Below are positions 1 through 6,599 of a DNA stretch of 12,984 nucleotides, piece after piece. The translations under genes were made by a program, and so were the position numbers. Under the pieces are notes generated by a model that saw only the letters and a program-made list of their open reading frames with translations, had not been told where the DNA came from and searched no databases. The stretch's first letter is position 1. Every line of letters starts with the position of its first letter. Source of the stretch: an uncultured Aquificales bacterium (GTDB lineage: Bacteria > Thermosulfidibacterota > Thermosulfidibacteria > Thermosulfidibacterales > Thermosulfidibacteraceae); assembly GCA_964453345.1 (NCBI GenBank), contig CAYVOC010000038.1:1-12984 (forward strand). Reading direction: 5' to 3'.

Positions 1-8
1 GGGGTGGC

Positions 9-37
9 TTGACACATCTTTTGGTGTGCACTATTTA
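9..37 (+). promoter_or_regulatory. Putative sigma70 promoter for the tRNA-Ser pair (and possibly the trp operon by read-through)
   Basis: Perfect -35 TTGACA at 9-14 and a 17-nt spacer to an imperfect -10 TATTTA (32-37), in an AT-rich patch about 24 nt upstream of the first tRNA. Confidence 0.6.
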
Positions 38-60
38 GTTTATTGCCTCCTCTTGTGTGG

Positions 61-153
61 GGAGGGGTGGCCGAGTGGACGAAGGCGGGTGACTTGAAAT
101 CACCTGAGGGCTTAGAAGGCCCTCCGTGGGTTCGAATCCCACCCCCTCCGCCA
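61..153 (+). tRNA. tRNA-Ser, anticodon TGA
   Basis: Acceptor GGAGGGG (61-67)/CCCCTCC (143-149), discriminator G150, encoded CCA 151-153. D arm TGGCCGAGTGG; anticodon arm GGTGA-CT-TGA-AA-TCACC; long variable arm GAGGGC..GCCCTC; T arm GTGGG-TTCGAAT-CCCAC. Confidence 0.97.
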
Positions 154-181
154 AGAGGTGGTTTGCGGGCGCCGGTTTTGC

Positions 182-273
182 GGAGAGGTGGCCGAGTGGT
201 CGAAGGCGCTCGCCTGCTAAGCGAGTGGCCGGGTAAAACCGGCCCGCGGGTTCGAATCCCGCCCTCTCCGCCA
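182..273 (+). tRNA. tRNA-Ser, anticodon GCT
   Basis: Acceptor GGAGAGG (182-188)/CCTCTCC (263-269), discriminator G270, encoded CCA 271-273. Anticodon arm CTCGC-CT-GCT-AA-GCGAG; long variable arm GGCCGG..CCGGCC; T arm GCGGG-TTCGAAT-CCCGC. Confidence 0.97.
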
Positions 274-298
274 TATTTTTGTTTGCGGGGTGCTGCAG

Positions 299-346
299 GT
301 GAATAAACTTGTAAGCTTTGAATGCTGGTGGTGGCAGGCCCTTTAA
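299..346 (+). CDS. trpL: trp operon leader peptide, MNKLVSFECWWWQAL (15 aa)
   Basis: GTG AAT AAA CTT GTA AGC TTT GAA TGC TGG TGG TGG CAG GCC CTT TAA. Three tandem Trp codons at 326-334, SD-like GGGGTG at 287-292, overlaps attenuator hairpins directly upstream of trpE. An in-frame GTG at 290 is an alternative start. Not in the supplied ORF track. Confidence 0.9.
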   Translation: MNKLVSFECWWWQAL

Positions 347-377
347 GGGGCCTGCCCCTTTAGGCGATAGAAGACAG

Positions 378-412
378 GCCGTGGGCAGGCTCCTGCCCAC
401 GGCTTTTTCTTT
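378..412 (+). terminator. Attenuator intrinsic terminator T1
   Basis: 11-bp stem GCCGTGGGCAG (378-388)/CTGCCCACGGC (393-403), 4-nt loop, followed by TTTTTCTTT (404-412). Confidence 0.9.
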
Positions 413-453
413 GGGCCGTGGGTCCTGGTGATCCACGGCCCTTTTTATTTTTT
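413..453 (+). terminator. Second, tandem intrinsic terminator T2
   Basis: 12-bp stem GGGCCGTGGGTC (413-424)/GATCCACGGCCC (430-441) with one G-U pair, 5-nt loop, followed by TTTTTATTTTTT (442-453). Ends immediately before the trpE SD. Confidence 0.88.
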
Positions 454-465
454 GGGAGGCGGGGA

Positions 466-1863
466 ATGGACAGGGAAAGGTTTGCAAGGCTCTGGGACGG
501 TTATGACAGGGTGCTTCTATTCAGGGAGCTTATGCTGGATCTTGCCACCGTTCCGGTGGTGCTTGCCGGGGTGAGGGGTCCCTTCTTCCTTCTTGAAAGC
601 GCCAATACGAAGAAGGAGTTTTCCAGATACACCTATTTGGGGTTTCCCGACGCCATGTTTTCCTTAGAGGATGAGGACCCCTTCTTTTTTGTTGAGGAGA
701 TGGTTAAGGGCAGTGCCCCCAAGGTTGCGGAGCTCGGCGATTTTTCCGGCGGAGCGGTCTTTCTTCTGGGGTATGGGGCCTCCAACTACACGGGGCTTTT
801 GAGGAGGCCCGTGAGGACGGGGGAGGACCTTGCCCTGGTGATGCAGGTTAACAGATTCGTTGTGCTGGACAACTACACCCAGAAGATCTTCGGGTGCGTC
901 GTCAAGGAGAGGGGGCTTAGCTGGCAGCAGGATTATGCGGAGGCCTCCGACATTCTGGACGGGCTTGAGGCGGATTTGAGGTCGGTTCTTAGGAGGGGAC
1001 TGAGGGAGGGGCTGTCCTCTGTGAGGCATGATCTCAAGGGGCTTTTCTGGGAGATGGAGAGGGAGGCCTTTGAGGAGACGGTGGCGCAGGTTAAGGGGAT
1101 GATCGCCGATGGGGAGGCCATACAGGTGGTTTTGAGCCAGAAGCTTGAGGCTTATGGTGCGCTGGATCCTGTGGGCTTCTACAGGTATCTGAGGAAGCTG
1201 AACCCCTCCCCCTACATGTTCTTTTTGCGGGGAGATGGGGTCGTTTACTGCGGCTCCTCCCCCGAGGTGCACCTGAAGGTGATGGGGGGCAAGGCGCTCA
1301 TGAAGCCCATCGCCGGCACCTATCCCGTGGGGGAGGATCTGGACGCCATTATAGAGGCTCTGAAATCCGACGAGAAGGAGCGGGCCGAGCATCTGATGCT
1401 GGTGGATCTTGCGAGGAACGATCTTTACACCCACTGCACCCCTGAAAGCGTGGAGGTTCCCGTCTTTATGGAGGCGGAGGTTTACTCCCATGTGGTCCAT
1501 CTGGTCTCCACGGTGGTGGGAAGACTCTCCGAGGGCATCCATCCCGTTGAGCTTCTAAGGATGACCTTCCCCGCGGGCACGGTGAGCGGCGCCCCGAAGG
1601 TGAGGGCCATGGAGATCATAGACGAGCTTGAGAGATCCCCCAGGGACTTTTACGCGGGGTGCGTGGGCTACTACAGCTACAACGGCAATCTGGATACATG
1701 CATCACCATAAGGTCGGCCAGGTTTGCGGGAGAGGTGTGCACTCTGAGGGCGGGAGCGGGGATAGTCTATGACAGCGTCCCCTCCCGGGAGTTTGAGGAG
1801 GTGCGCAACAAGCTCATGGCCCTGAGCGTTGCCTTGAAGAAGCTTTCCGCCATGGAGGTGTGA
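466..1863 (+). CDS. trpE: Anthranilate synthase component I
   Basis: Motifs LLES (Trp feedback site), NPSPYM, GSSPE, PIAGT (Ala, as in TrpE, rather than the PabB PIKGT), EKERAEHLMLVDLARND, FPAGTVSGAPKVRAMEII, AGAGIV. Start moved from 418 (inside T2) to ATG 466, which follows GGGAGG at 454-459. Confidence 0.95.
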   Translation: MDRERFARLWDGYDRVLLFRELMLDLATVPVVLAGVRGPFFLLESANTKKEFSRYTYLGFPDAMFSLEDEDPFFFVEEMVKGSAPKVAELGDFSGGAVFLLGYGASNYTGLLRRPVRTGEDLALVMQVNRFVVLDNYTQKIFGCVVKERGLSWQQDYAEASDILDGLEADLRSVLRRGLREGLSSVRHDLKGLFWEMEREAFEETVAQVKGMIADGEAIQVVLSQKLEAYGALDPVGFYRYLRKLNPSPYMFFLRGDGVVYCGSSPEVHLKVMGGKALMKPIAGTYPVGEDLDAIIEALKSDEKERAEHLMLVDLARNDLYTHCTPESVEVPVFMEAEVYSHVVHLVSTVVGRLSEGIHPVELLRMTFPAGTVSGAPKVRAMEIIDELERSPRDFYAGCVGYYSYNGNLDTCITIRSARFAGEVCTLRAGAGIVYDSVPSREFEEVRNKLMALSVALKKLSAMEV

Positions 1864-1865
1864 GG

Positions 1866-2441
1866 GTGATTCTGCTTGTGGATAACTACGATTCCTTCAC
1901 CTACAACCTCTACGCCCTCTTCAGGCTGGCGGGGGCGGAGGTGAAGGTGATAAGGGAGAACGAGCCTGTTCCGGAGGCCGATTTTAAGGGGATGATCCTT
2001 TCCCCCGGTCCCTCAAGGCCTGAGAACATGCCCGGTGCCTGCGAGAAGCTTGAGAGGGTGCTGGGGAAGGTGCCGGTTTTCGGGGTCTGTTTGGGGATGC
2101 AGATTATAGCCCATCTTCTGGGACACGAGGTTTCGAGGGCGAAAACCATCCAGCACGGCAAGGAGGACAGGATCCTGAAAAGGGGTGATTCCGTGATTCT
2201 TGCAGGTGTTCCCGACGGCTTCAGGGTGGTGAGGTATCATTCTTTGAGCGTGAAGCTGAAGGGCGACAACCTCGTTCCCGTTGCCTACTCCCAAAAGGAC
2301 GGGGAGCTAATGGCCTTTGAGAACAGAAGACTTAGGGTTTTCGGGGTGCAGTTTCACCCTGAGTCCATCCTCTCTGAATACGGCGATAGAATCGCAAAAA
2401 ACTTCTTAGAGGTGTGCTATGGTGCTGAGGAAGGTTCTTAA
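1866..2441 (+). CDS. trpG: Anthranilate synthase component II (class I glutamine amidotransferase)
   Basis: DNYDSFTYNL, LSPGPSRP, GVCLGMQ (catalytic Cys), RYHSL, GVQFHPES (His/Glu). GTG 1866 preferred because of GGAGGTG at 1854-1860; GTG 1860 is the alternative. Confidence 0.94.
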   Translation: MILLVDNYDSFTYNLYALFRLAGAEVKVIRENEPVPEADFKGMILSPGPSRPENMPGACEKLERVLGKVPVFGVCLGMQIIAHLLGHEVSRAKTIQHGKEDRILKRGDSVILAGVPDGFRVVRYHSLSVKLKGDNLVPVAYSQKDGELMAFENRRLRVFGVQFHPESILSEYGDRIAKNFLEVCYGAEEGS

Positions 2442-3411
2442 GGGGGAAAGGCTCTCCTTTGAGGAGGCCGTGGAGCTTTTCTCCGGTATTTTTGACGGGA
2501 AGCTGTCCGAGGTGCAGACGGCGGCGGTCCTTTCCGTCATGGCGGTGCGGGGCGAGTCCCCTGAGGAGCTTGCGGCTGCGGTGGAGTGCGCTCAGAAGCG
2601 CAAGGTGAGGGTGGAGGTGGATCTGCCGAGGCTGGTTGACACCTGCGGGACTGGCGGGGATGGTAGGGGCACCTTCAATGTCTCCACGGCTTCGGCTCTG
2701 GTGGTGAGGTCCCTGGGGATTCCCGTGGCCAAGCACGGAAACAGGGCGGTTACGGGCAGTGTGGGTTCTGCGGATGTGGTTCAGATGCTGGGGCTTCCCG
2801 TTGCGGAGGATGCGGATTCCGCCAGGGCCATGCTTGAGGAAAGGGGCTTCGCCTTTCTTTTCGCCCCGAAGTTTCATCCCGCTTTTGCCAGGGTTGCGCC
2901 GGTGAGGCGTCAGCTTCCCGTTCCCACGGTGTTCAATCTTGTGGGACCCCTTATCAATCCCTGCCCGCTGACGGCCCAGCTTGTGGGGGTCTATTCTCCC
3001 GAAAAGGCTGAGGTTGTGGCCCGGGCTCTGGCACTTCTTGGAAGGAGCAATGTGGTGGTCGTCTGTGGTGAGGATGGGATAGACGAGGTGGACACCAAGG
3101 GCGCAACCCTCATCTTTGAGGTGGAGGATGGCAGGGTAAAAGGCTGGAGGTTTGAGGCGAAAAAGATTGTGGGAAGGGAGTTTGAGATACCGAGGGTGAG
3201 CAGCCCCGATGAGGCGAAGGAGACCCTCATGGGCGCTGTTTCCGGTGAGTTTGAGGAGGCGTCTGTTGCAGCGGCTATTAATGCCGCCTTTGTTCTTTAC
3301 GCCCAGGGGATCTGCGATGTTTCAGAAGGCTTTGGAAGGGCCATGGAGGCCATAAAGGAGGGCGCCGTTGTCAAGACCCTTGAGGAGCTGAGGGATGGGG
3401 TTTCTGGATGA
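2419..3411 (+). CDS. trpD: Anthranilate phosphoribosyltransferase
   Basis: DTCGTGGDG, FNVST, KHGNR, GSADV, FHPA, TVFNLVGPLINP, GIDE. GAGGTG SD upstream; overlaps trpG by 23 nt. Confidence 0.96.
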   Translation: MVLRKVLKGERLSFEEAVELFSGIFDGKLSEVQTAAVLSVMAVRGESPEELAAAVECAQKRKVRVEVDLPRLVDTCGTGGDGRGTFNVSTASALVVRSLGIPVAKHGNRAVTGSVGSADVVQMLGLPVAEDADSARAMLEERGFAFLFAPKFHPAFARVAPVRRQLPVPTVFNLVGPLINPCPLTAQLVGVYSPEKAEVVARALALLGRSNVVVVCGEDGIDEVDTKGATLIFEVEDGRVKGWRFEAKKIVGREFEIPRVSSPDEAKETLMGAVSGEFEEASVAAAINAAFVLYAQGICDVSEGFGRAMEAIKEGAVVKTLEELRDGVSG

Positions 3412-4168
3412 GATGAGGTCTTTGAAGGAAGGGGAGGTGCAGGGCCTGGATCCCGCCTCCTTCGGGGAAAGGGAAAGGGGCGTATACAATCCTCTGAGGT
3501 TTTTGAGGGAGGCGCCCGTTATAGCGGAGGTCAAGCCCGCATCGCCCACGGCGGGAAGGATAAGGGACGTTGACCCCGTAAGGCAGGCCATTGCCTACCA
3601 GAGGGGCGGGGCGGGCGCCGTGAGTGTCCTCGTGGATGAAAGTTACTTCGGGGGAAGCTGGCATAATCTTAGGAGTGTTGCACATGGCGTTAACCTCCCC
3701 GTTTTGTGCAAGGAGTTTATCCTTTCGGAGAAGCAGATAGACGCCGCCTACAGGTGCGGGGCGGATTTTGTTCTTCTGATATACGGGTTTGTGGAGGAGG
3801 GCAGATTATCCGAGCTTGCGGCCTTTGCGAAGGAGAAGGGGCTTTTTGTGCTTCTTGAGGTCTTTGATCCTGAGCAGCTTGATGGGGCGTTGGAGCTTGA
3901 TTTCTGGGATATGCTGGGCGTCAACAGCAGGAATCTTCAGGACCTGACGGTGGATCTGGGAAGGGCAGCTGGTATGCTTTCCCGCATTCCGGAGGGCGTC
4001 TTCAAGGTGGGGGAAAGCGGAGTTAGAAGCCTTGAGGACGCAAGGTTTCTGTTTGATGCGGGCGCCGATGCTCTGCTTGTGGGGGAGTTTCTCATGAGGC
4101 AGGATAATCCAGAGGTTGTGCTTAGGGAGCTTGTCCATGTTCGTGAAGATATGCGGCATCAGGGATGA
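3395..4168 (+). CDS. trpC: Indole-3-glycerol phosphate synthase
   Basis: IAEVKPASPTAG, AVSVL, LPVLCKEFI, GAD, LLEV, GVNSRNL, ESG, LLVGEFLM. Overlaps trpD by 17 nt. Confidence 0.95.
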   Translation: MGFLDEMRSLKEGEVQGLDPASFGERERGVYNPLRFLREAPVIAEVKPASPTAGRIRDVDPVRQAIAYQRGGAGAVSVLVDESYFGGSWHNLRSVAHGVNLPVLCKEFILSEKQIDAAYRCGADFVLLIYGFVEEGRLSELAAFAKEKGLFVLLEVFDPEQLDGALELDFWDMLGVNSRNLQDLTVDLGRAAGMLSRIPEGVFKVGESGVRSLEDARFLFDAGADALLVGEFLMRQDNPEVVLRELVHVREDMRHQG

Positions 4169-4688
4169 AAGGACCGCCCTTGTTGCGGCGGAGGCCGGTG
4201 CGGATGCCATAGGCTTCGTTTTTCACAAGAATAGCCCCAGGTTCGTGGAGTATAGGGTGGCTGAGAAGATAGCAGAGAGACTGTCCGGCAGGGTTCTTAT
4301 CGTGGCGGTTTACAAGAGGAGGGATGAGATTGACGGAGGGGTTCTCGATTTCTGCGATCTTGTTCAGGTCTATGAGCCTGTGGAGGAGCTGAGGGACAGG
4401 CTCATTCTCGGTGTGTCCGGCTACACCCGTGAGCCTGCGGCATACTATCTTCTTGATGTGAGCCACGGCAGGGGCAGGTTCTTTGAGCATCCGCAGGATC
4501 TATACGGGCTTCCAAAGGAGAGGGTCATACTCAGCGGGGGGCTGAATCCCGAAAATGTGGCGGAGGTTGTGGAAAGATACTCCCCCTTCGGGGTGGATGT
4601 CTCAAGCGGGGTGGAAAGCTCCCCCGGGGTGAAGGACGAAAGACTCATAAGGGAGTTTATCAAAAGGGCCAAGGGGGAAGTCGGATGA
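4137..4688 (+). CDS. trpF: Phosphoribosylanthranilate isomerase (compact, 183 aa)
   Basis: VKICGI (catalytic Cys), [15 protein letters not shown] (catalytic Asp), [27 protein letters not shown] 4137 follows GGGAG and overlaps trpC by 32 nt. Confidence 0.94.
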   Translation: MFVKICGIRDERTALVAAEAGADAIGFVFHKNSPRFVEYRVAEKIAERLSGRVLIVAVYKRRDEIDGGVLDFCDLVQVYEPVEELRDRLILGVSGYTREPAAYYLLDVSHGRGRFFEHPQDLYGLPKERVILSGGLNPENVAEVVERYSPFGVDVSSGVESSPGVKDERLIREFIKRAKGEVG

Positions 4689-5842
4689 GGAAGGGTTTTT
4701 ACGGCGAATACGGGGGCAGGTTCGTGCCGGAGACTTTGATTCCCGCCCTTGATGAGCTGGAGGAGGCCTTTGAGGCCTTCAAGAAGGATAAAGAAGCGGT
4801 GGAGAGGTTCGAGGGGCTTCTTAAGAGCTATGCGGGAAGGCCCACTCCTGTAACCTATGCGGCGAGGTTCTCTGAAAAATACGGCTTTGATCTGTATCTC
4901 AAGCGGGAGGACCTTCTCCACACCGGCGCCCACAAGATAAACAACACCTTAGGGCAGGCGGTGCTTACGCAGTTCATGGGAAAAAGCAGGATCATCGCCG
5001 AAACCGGCGCCGGTCAGCACGGGGTCGCAACCGCCACGGCCTGCGCCCTTTTGGGCCTTGAGTGTGTGATATACATGGGGGCGGTGGATGCGGAAAGGCA
5101 AAGGATGAATGTTGAGCGCATGAGGCTTCTGGGGGCAGAGGTCAGGGTGGTGGAGGAGGGAAGCGCCACCCTGAAGGATGCCATAAACGCCGCCCTGAAG
5201 GACTGGGTGACCAACGTCAGAACCACCCACTACATGCTGGGGTCCGTTGTTGGTCCCCACCCCTTCCCTGAGATGGTTGCCTACTTCCAGAGCGTCATAG
5301 GAAAAGAGGCGAGGCGGCAGTGCGAAGAGATGGGCTTTCTTCCCGATGCCGTTGTTGCATGCGTTGGAGGTGGAAGCAACGCCATAGGGATCTTCAGGGG
5401 CTTTCTGGATGCCGATTGCGAGCTTATAGGGGTGGAGGCGGGCGGCACCTCAGACGATCCGGGCTGCCATGCAAGGACTTTGGGTCTGGGAAGGCCGGGG
5501 ATTCTGCACGGCGCCTACAGCTACCTGCTCTACGGCGAGGATGGGCAGGTGCTTCCCGTTCACTCGGTCTCCGCGGGGCTTGATTATCCCGGGGTGGGAC
5601 CGGAGCACAGTTTTCTTAAGGATTCCAAGCGGGTGAGATACGAGTTCTGCAGGGACCGGGATGCCTTGGCCGCCTTCAGGGAGCTTTCGAGGCTTGAGGG
5701 GATTCTCCCCGCCCTTGAGAGCGCCCATGCGGTGGGCTTTGTGATGAAAAACAGCGCCGAGTTCAGGGGCAAGAGGGTGCTTCTGAACCTGTCGGGAAGG
5801 GGAGATAAGGATCTGGGAATAGTTCTGGGGGTTGAGGGATGA
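4685..5842 (+). CDS. trpB: Tryptophan synthase beta chain (TrpB1 type)
   Basis: [15 protein letters not shown] (PLP lysine), [44 protein letters not shown] overlap with trpF. Confidence 0.98.
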   Translation: MRKGFYGEYGGRFVPETLIPALDELEEAFEAFKKDKEAVERFEGLLKSYAGRPTPVTYAARFSEKYGFDLYLKREDLLHTGAHKINNTLGQAVLTQFMGKSRIIAETGAGQHGVATATACALLGLECVIYMGAVDAERQRMNVERMRLLGAEVRVVEEGSATLKDAINAALKDWVTNVRTTHYMLGSVVGPHPFPEMVAYFQSVIGKEARRQCEEMGFLPDAVVACVGGGSNAIGIFRGFLDADCELIGVEAGGTSDDPGCHARTLGLGRPGILHGAYSYLLYGEDGQVLPVHSVSAGLDYPGVGPEHSFLKDSKRVRYEFCRDRDALAAFRELSRLEGILPALESAHAVGFVMKNSAEFRGKRVLLNLSGRGDKDLGIVLGVEG

Positions 5843-6558
5843 AGGGGCTTTACCTTGTCTTCGGGTATCCGGATGTTGAGGCCTTTGACAGGGCGGTTGC
5901 CCTTGCGGAAGGAAGCGGCTTTGACTTCCTGGAGGTGGGCGTTCCCTTCAGCGAGCCTGTTGCCGACGGACCCTACCTGAGCGCCGCATCCAAAAGGGCC
6001 ATAGAGAGGGGAGTGACCCTTGAAAACGCCCTTGAGTGGATCGCCTCATACAAAGGCGGCTTGAAGATCTATGTGATGACCTACGCCAACATCCTTCTGG
6101 CCCGCGGCCTGGAGCGGGTCTCTCGGGAGATGAGGGATGCGGGGGTGAGGGGGGTTATCGTTGCCGATCTTCCCAACAGGGAGCAGTGGTTCTTCAGGGA
6201 GCGGGGATTTGAGCTTCCCATCATTCCCTTTGCCACCCCCGAGAGCCGCCGCCAGGACATTGAGATGATAGCGGATCTTGATGCGGACTTTGTCTATTTC
6301 GTTTCTGTTAGGGGGACAACCGGCTCCGGCTTCAGACTGGAGAGGGAGGTGGTGGAGAAGATAGGCTTTTTGCGCGAGATCTGCAAAAAGCCCGTGGTTC
6401 TGGGGTTCGGAATCTCGGAGCCGGAGCATGTGAGGGCTGCCCTGAAGGTGGCGGACGGCTTTGTGATAGGCACCCGCGCCGTCAGGGAGCTGGACAGGGG
6501 ACTGGACTTCTTCGAATCTTGGTGCAACTCGTTGACAATGTGTTTTAAAGCTGTCTAA
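5839..6558 (+). CDS. trpA: Tryptophan synthase alpha chain (short, 239 aa)
   Basis: [19 protein letters not shown] (catalytic Glu and Asp), [34 protein letters not shown] overlap with trpB. Confidence 0.95.
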   Translation: MKGLYLVFGYPDVEAFDRAVALAEGSGFDFLEVGVPFSEPVADGPYLSAASKRAIERGVTLENALEWIASYKGGLKIYVMTYANILLARGLERVSREMRDAGVRGVIVADLPNREQWFFRERGFELPIIPFATPESRRQDIEMIADLDADFVYFVSVRGTTGSGFRLEREVVEKIGFLREICKKPVVLGFGISEPEHVRAALKVADGFVIGTRAVRELDRGLDFFESWCNSLTMCFKAV

Positions 6559-6561
6559 GGT
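6532..6561 (+). promoter_or_regulatory. Putative sigma70 promoter for aspC-leu-cdsA, embedded in the 3' end of trpA
   Basis: Perfect TTGACA at 6532-6537, 18-nt spacer, TAAGGT at 6556-6561 (includes the trpA stop codon), in a locally AT-rich stretch about 40 nt upstream of the aspC start. Confidence 0.6.
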
Positions 6562-6587
6562 AGGCTTGTAAAAATTATAACAAGCCT
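6562..6587. promoter_or_regulatory. Palindromic candidate operator AGGCTTGT-N10-ACAAGCCT
   Basis: Perfect 8-bp inverted repeat (6562-6569/6580-6587) with AT-only spacer AAAAATTATA, between the putative -10 and the aspC SD GGAGGT (6588-6593). No U-tract follows it. Confidence 0.5.
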
Positions 6588-6599
6588 GGAGGTAGGATC

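Larger units (their letters stand above)
333..453 (+). promoter_or_regulatory. Ribosome-mediated trp transcription attenuator with six pairing segments
   Basis: 1:2 hairpin GGCAGGCCCT (333-342)/GGGGCCTGCC (347-356); 2:3 antiterminator AGGGGCCTGCCC (346-357)/GGGCAGGCTCCT (383-394); 3:4 terminator 378-403; 4:5 pairing CCCACGGCTT (396-405)/GGGCCGTGGG (413-422); 5:6 terminator 413-441. Confidence 0.88.

Noticed and set aside
13-65. Small inverted repeats CACATC/GGTGTG (13-28) and CCTCCTC/GGGGAGG (46-65)
   Set aside because: Short, imperfect and plausibly chance. The second would be outcompeted by the tRNA acceptor stem.
61-153. First tRNA as selenocysteine or suppressor tRNA because of TGA
   Set aside because: TGA is the anticodon and reads UCA (Ser). 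tRNA-Sec has anticodon TCA and a longer acceptor stem.
61-346. Functional link between the tRNA-Ser genes and serine as the TrpB substrate
   Set aside because: Attractive but unsupported: the leader has a single Ser codon and nothing in the sequence suggests serine sensing.
377-441. Repeated GGCCGTGGG/CCACGGC units as CRISPR or REP repeats
   Set aside because: Only two units, no spacers or cas genes, and fully explained as the tandem terminators.
418-465. N-terminal extension of trpE in the ORF track
   Set aside because: The GTG at 418 is inside terminator T2 with no SD. ATG 466 has GGGAGG at proper spacing.
274-465. T-box riboswitch or TRAP site upstream of trpE
   Set aside because: No recognisable T-box stem I or AAnnnGGTGGnACC antiterminator context, and no (G/T)AG repeat array. 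The TGGTGG present is the Trp codon run.
35-487. ORFs 35..487 (-) and 43..306 (+)
   Set aside because: Shadows of the two tRNA genes and the attenuator. The peptides are typical tRNA translations (AGFEP, VRIPP).
6511-6518. TTCGAATC in the trpA 3' end matching the tRNA T-loop, as a possible attR of a tRNA-integrated island
   Set aside because: Only 8 bp, does not extend into the acceptor stem, lies within coding sequence, and there is no integrase in the window.
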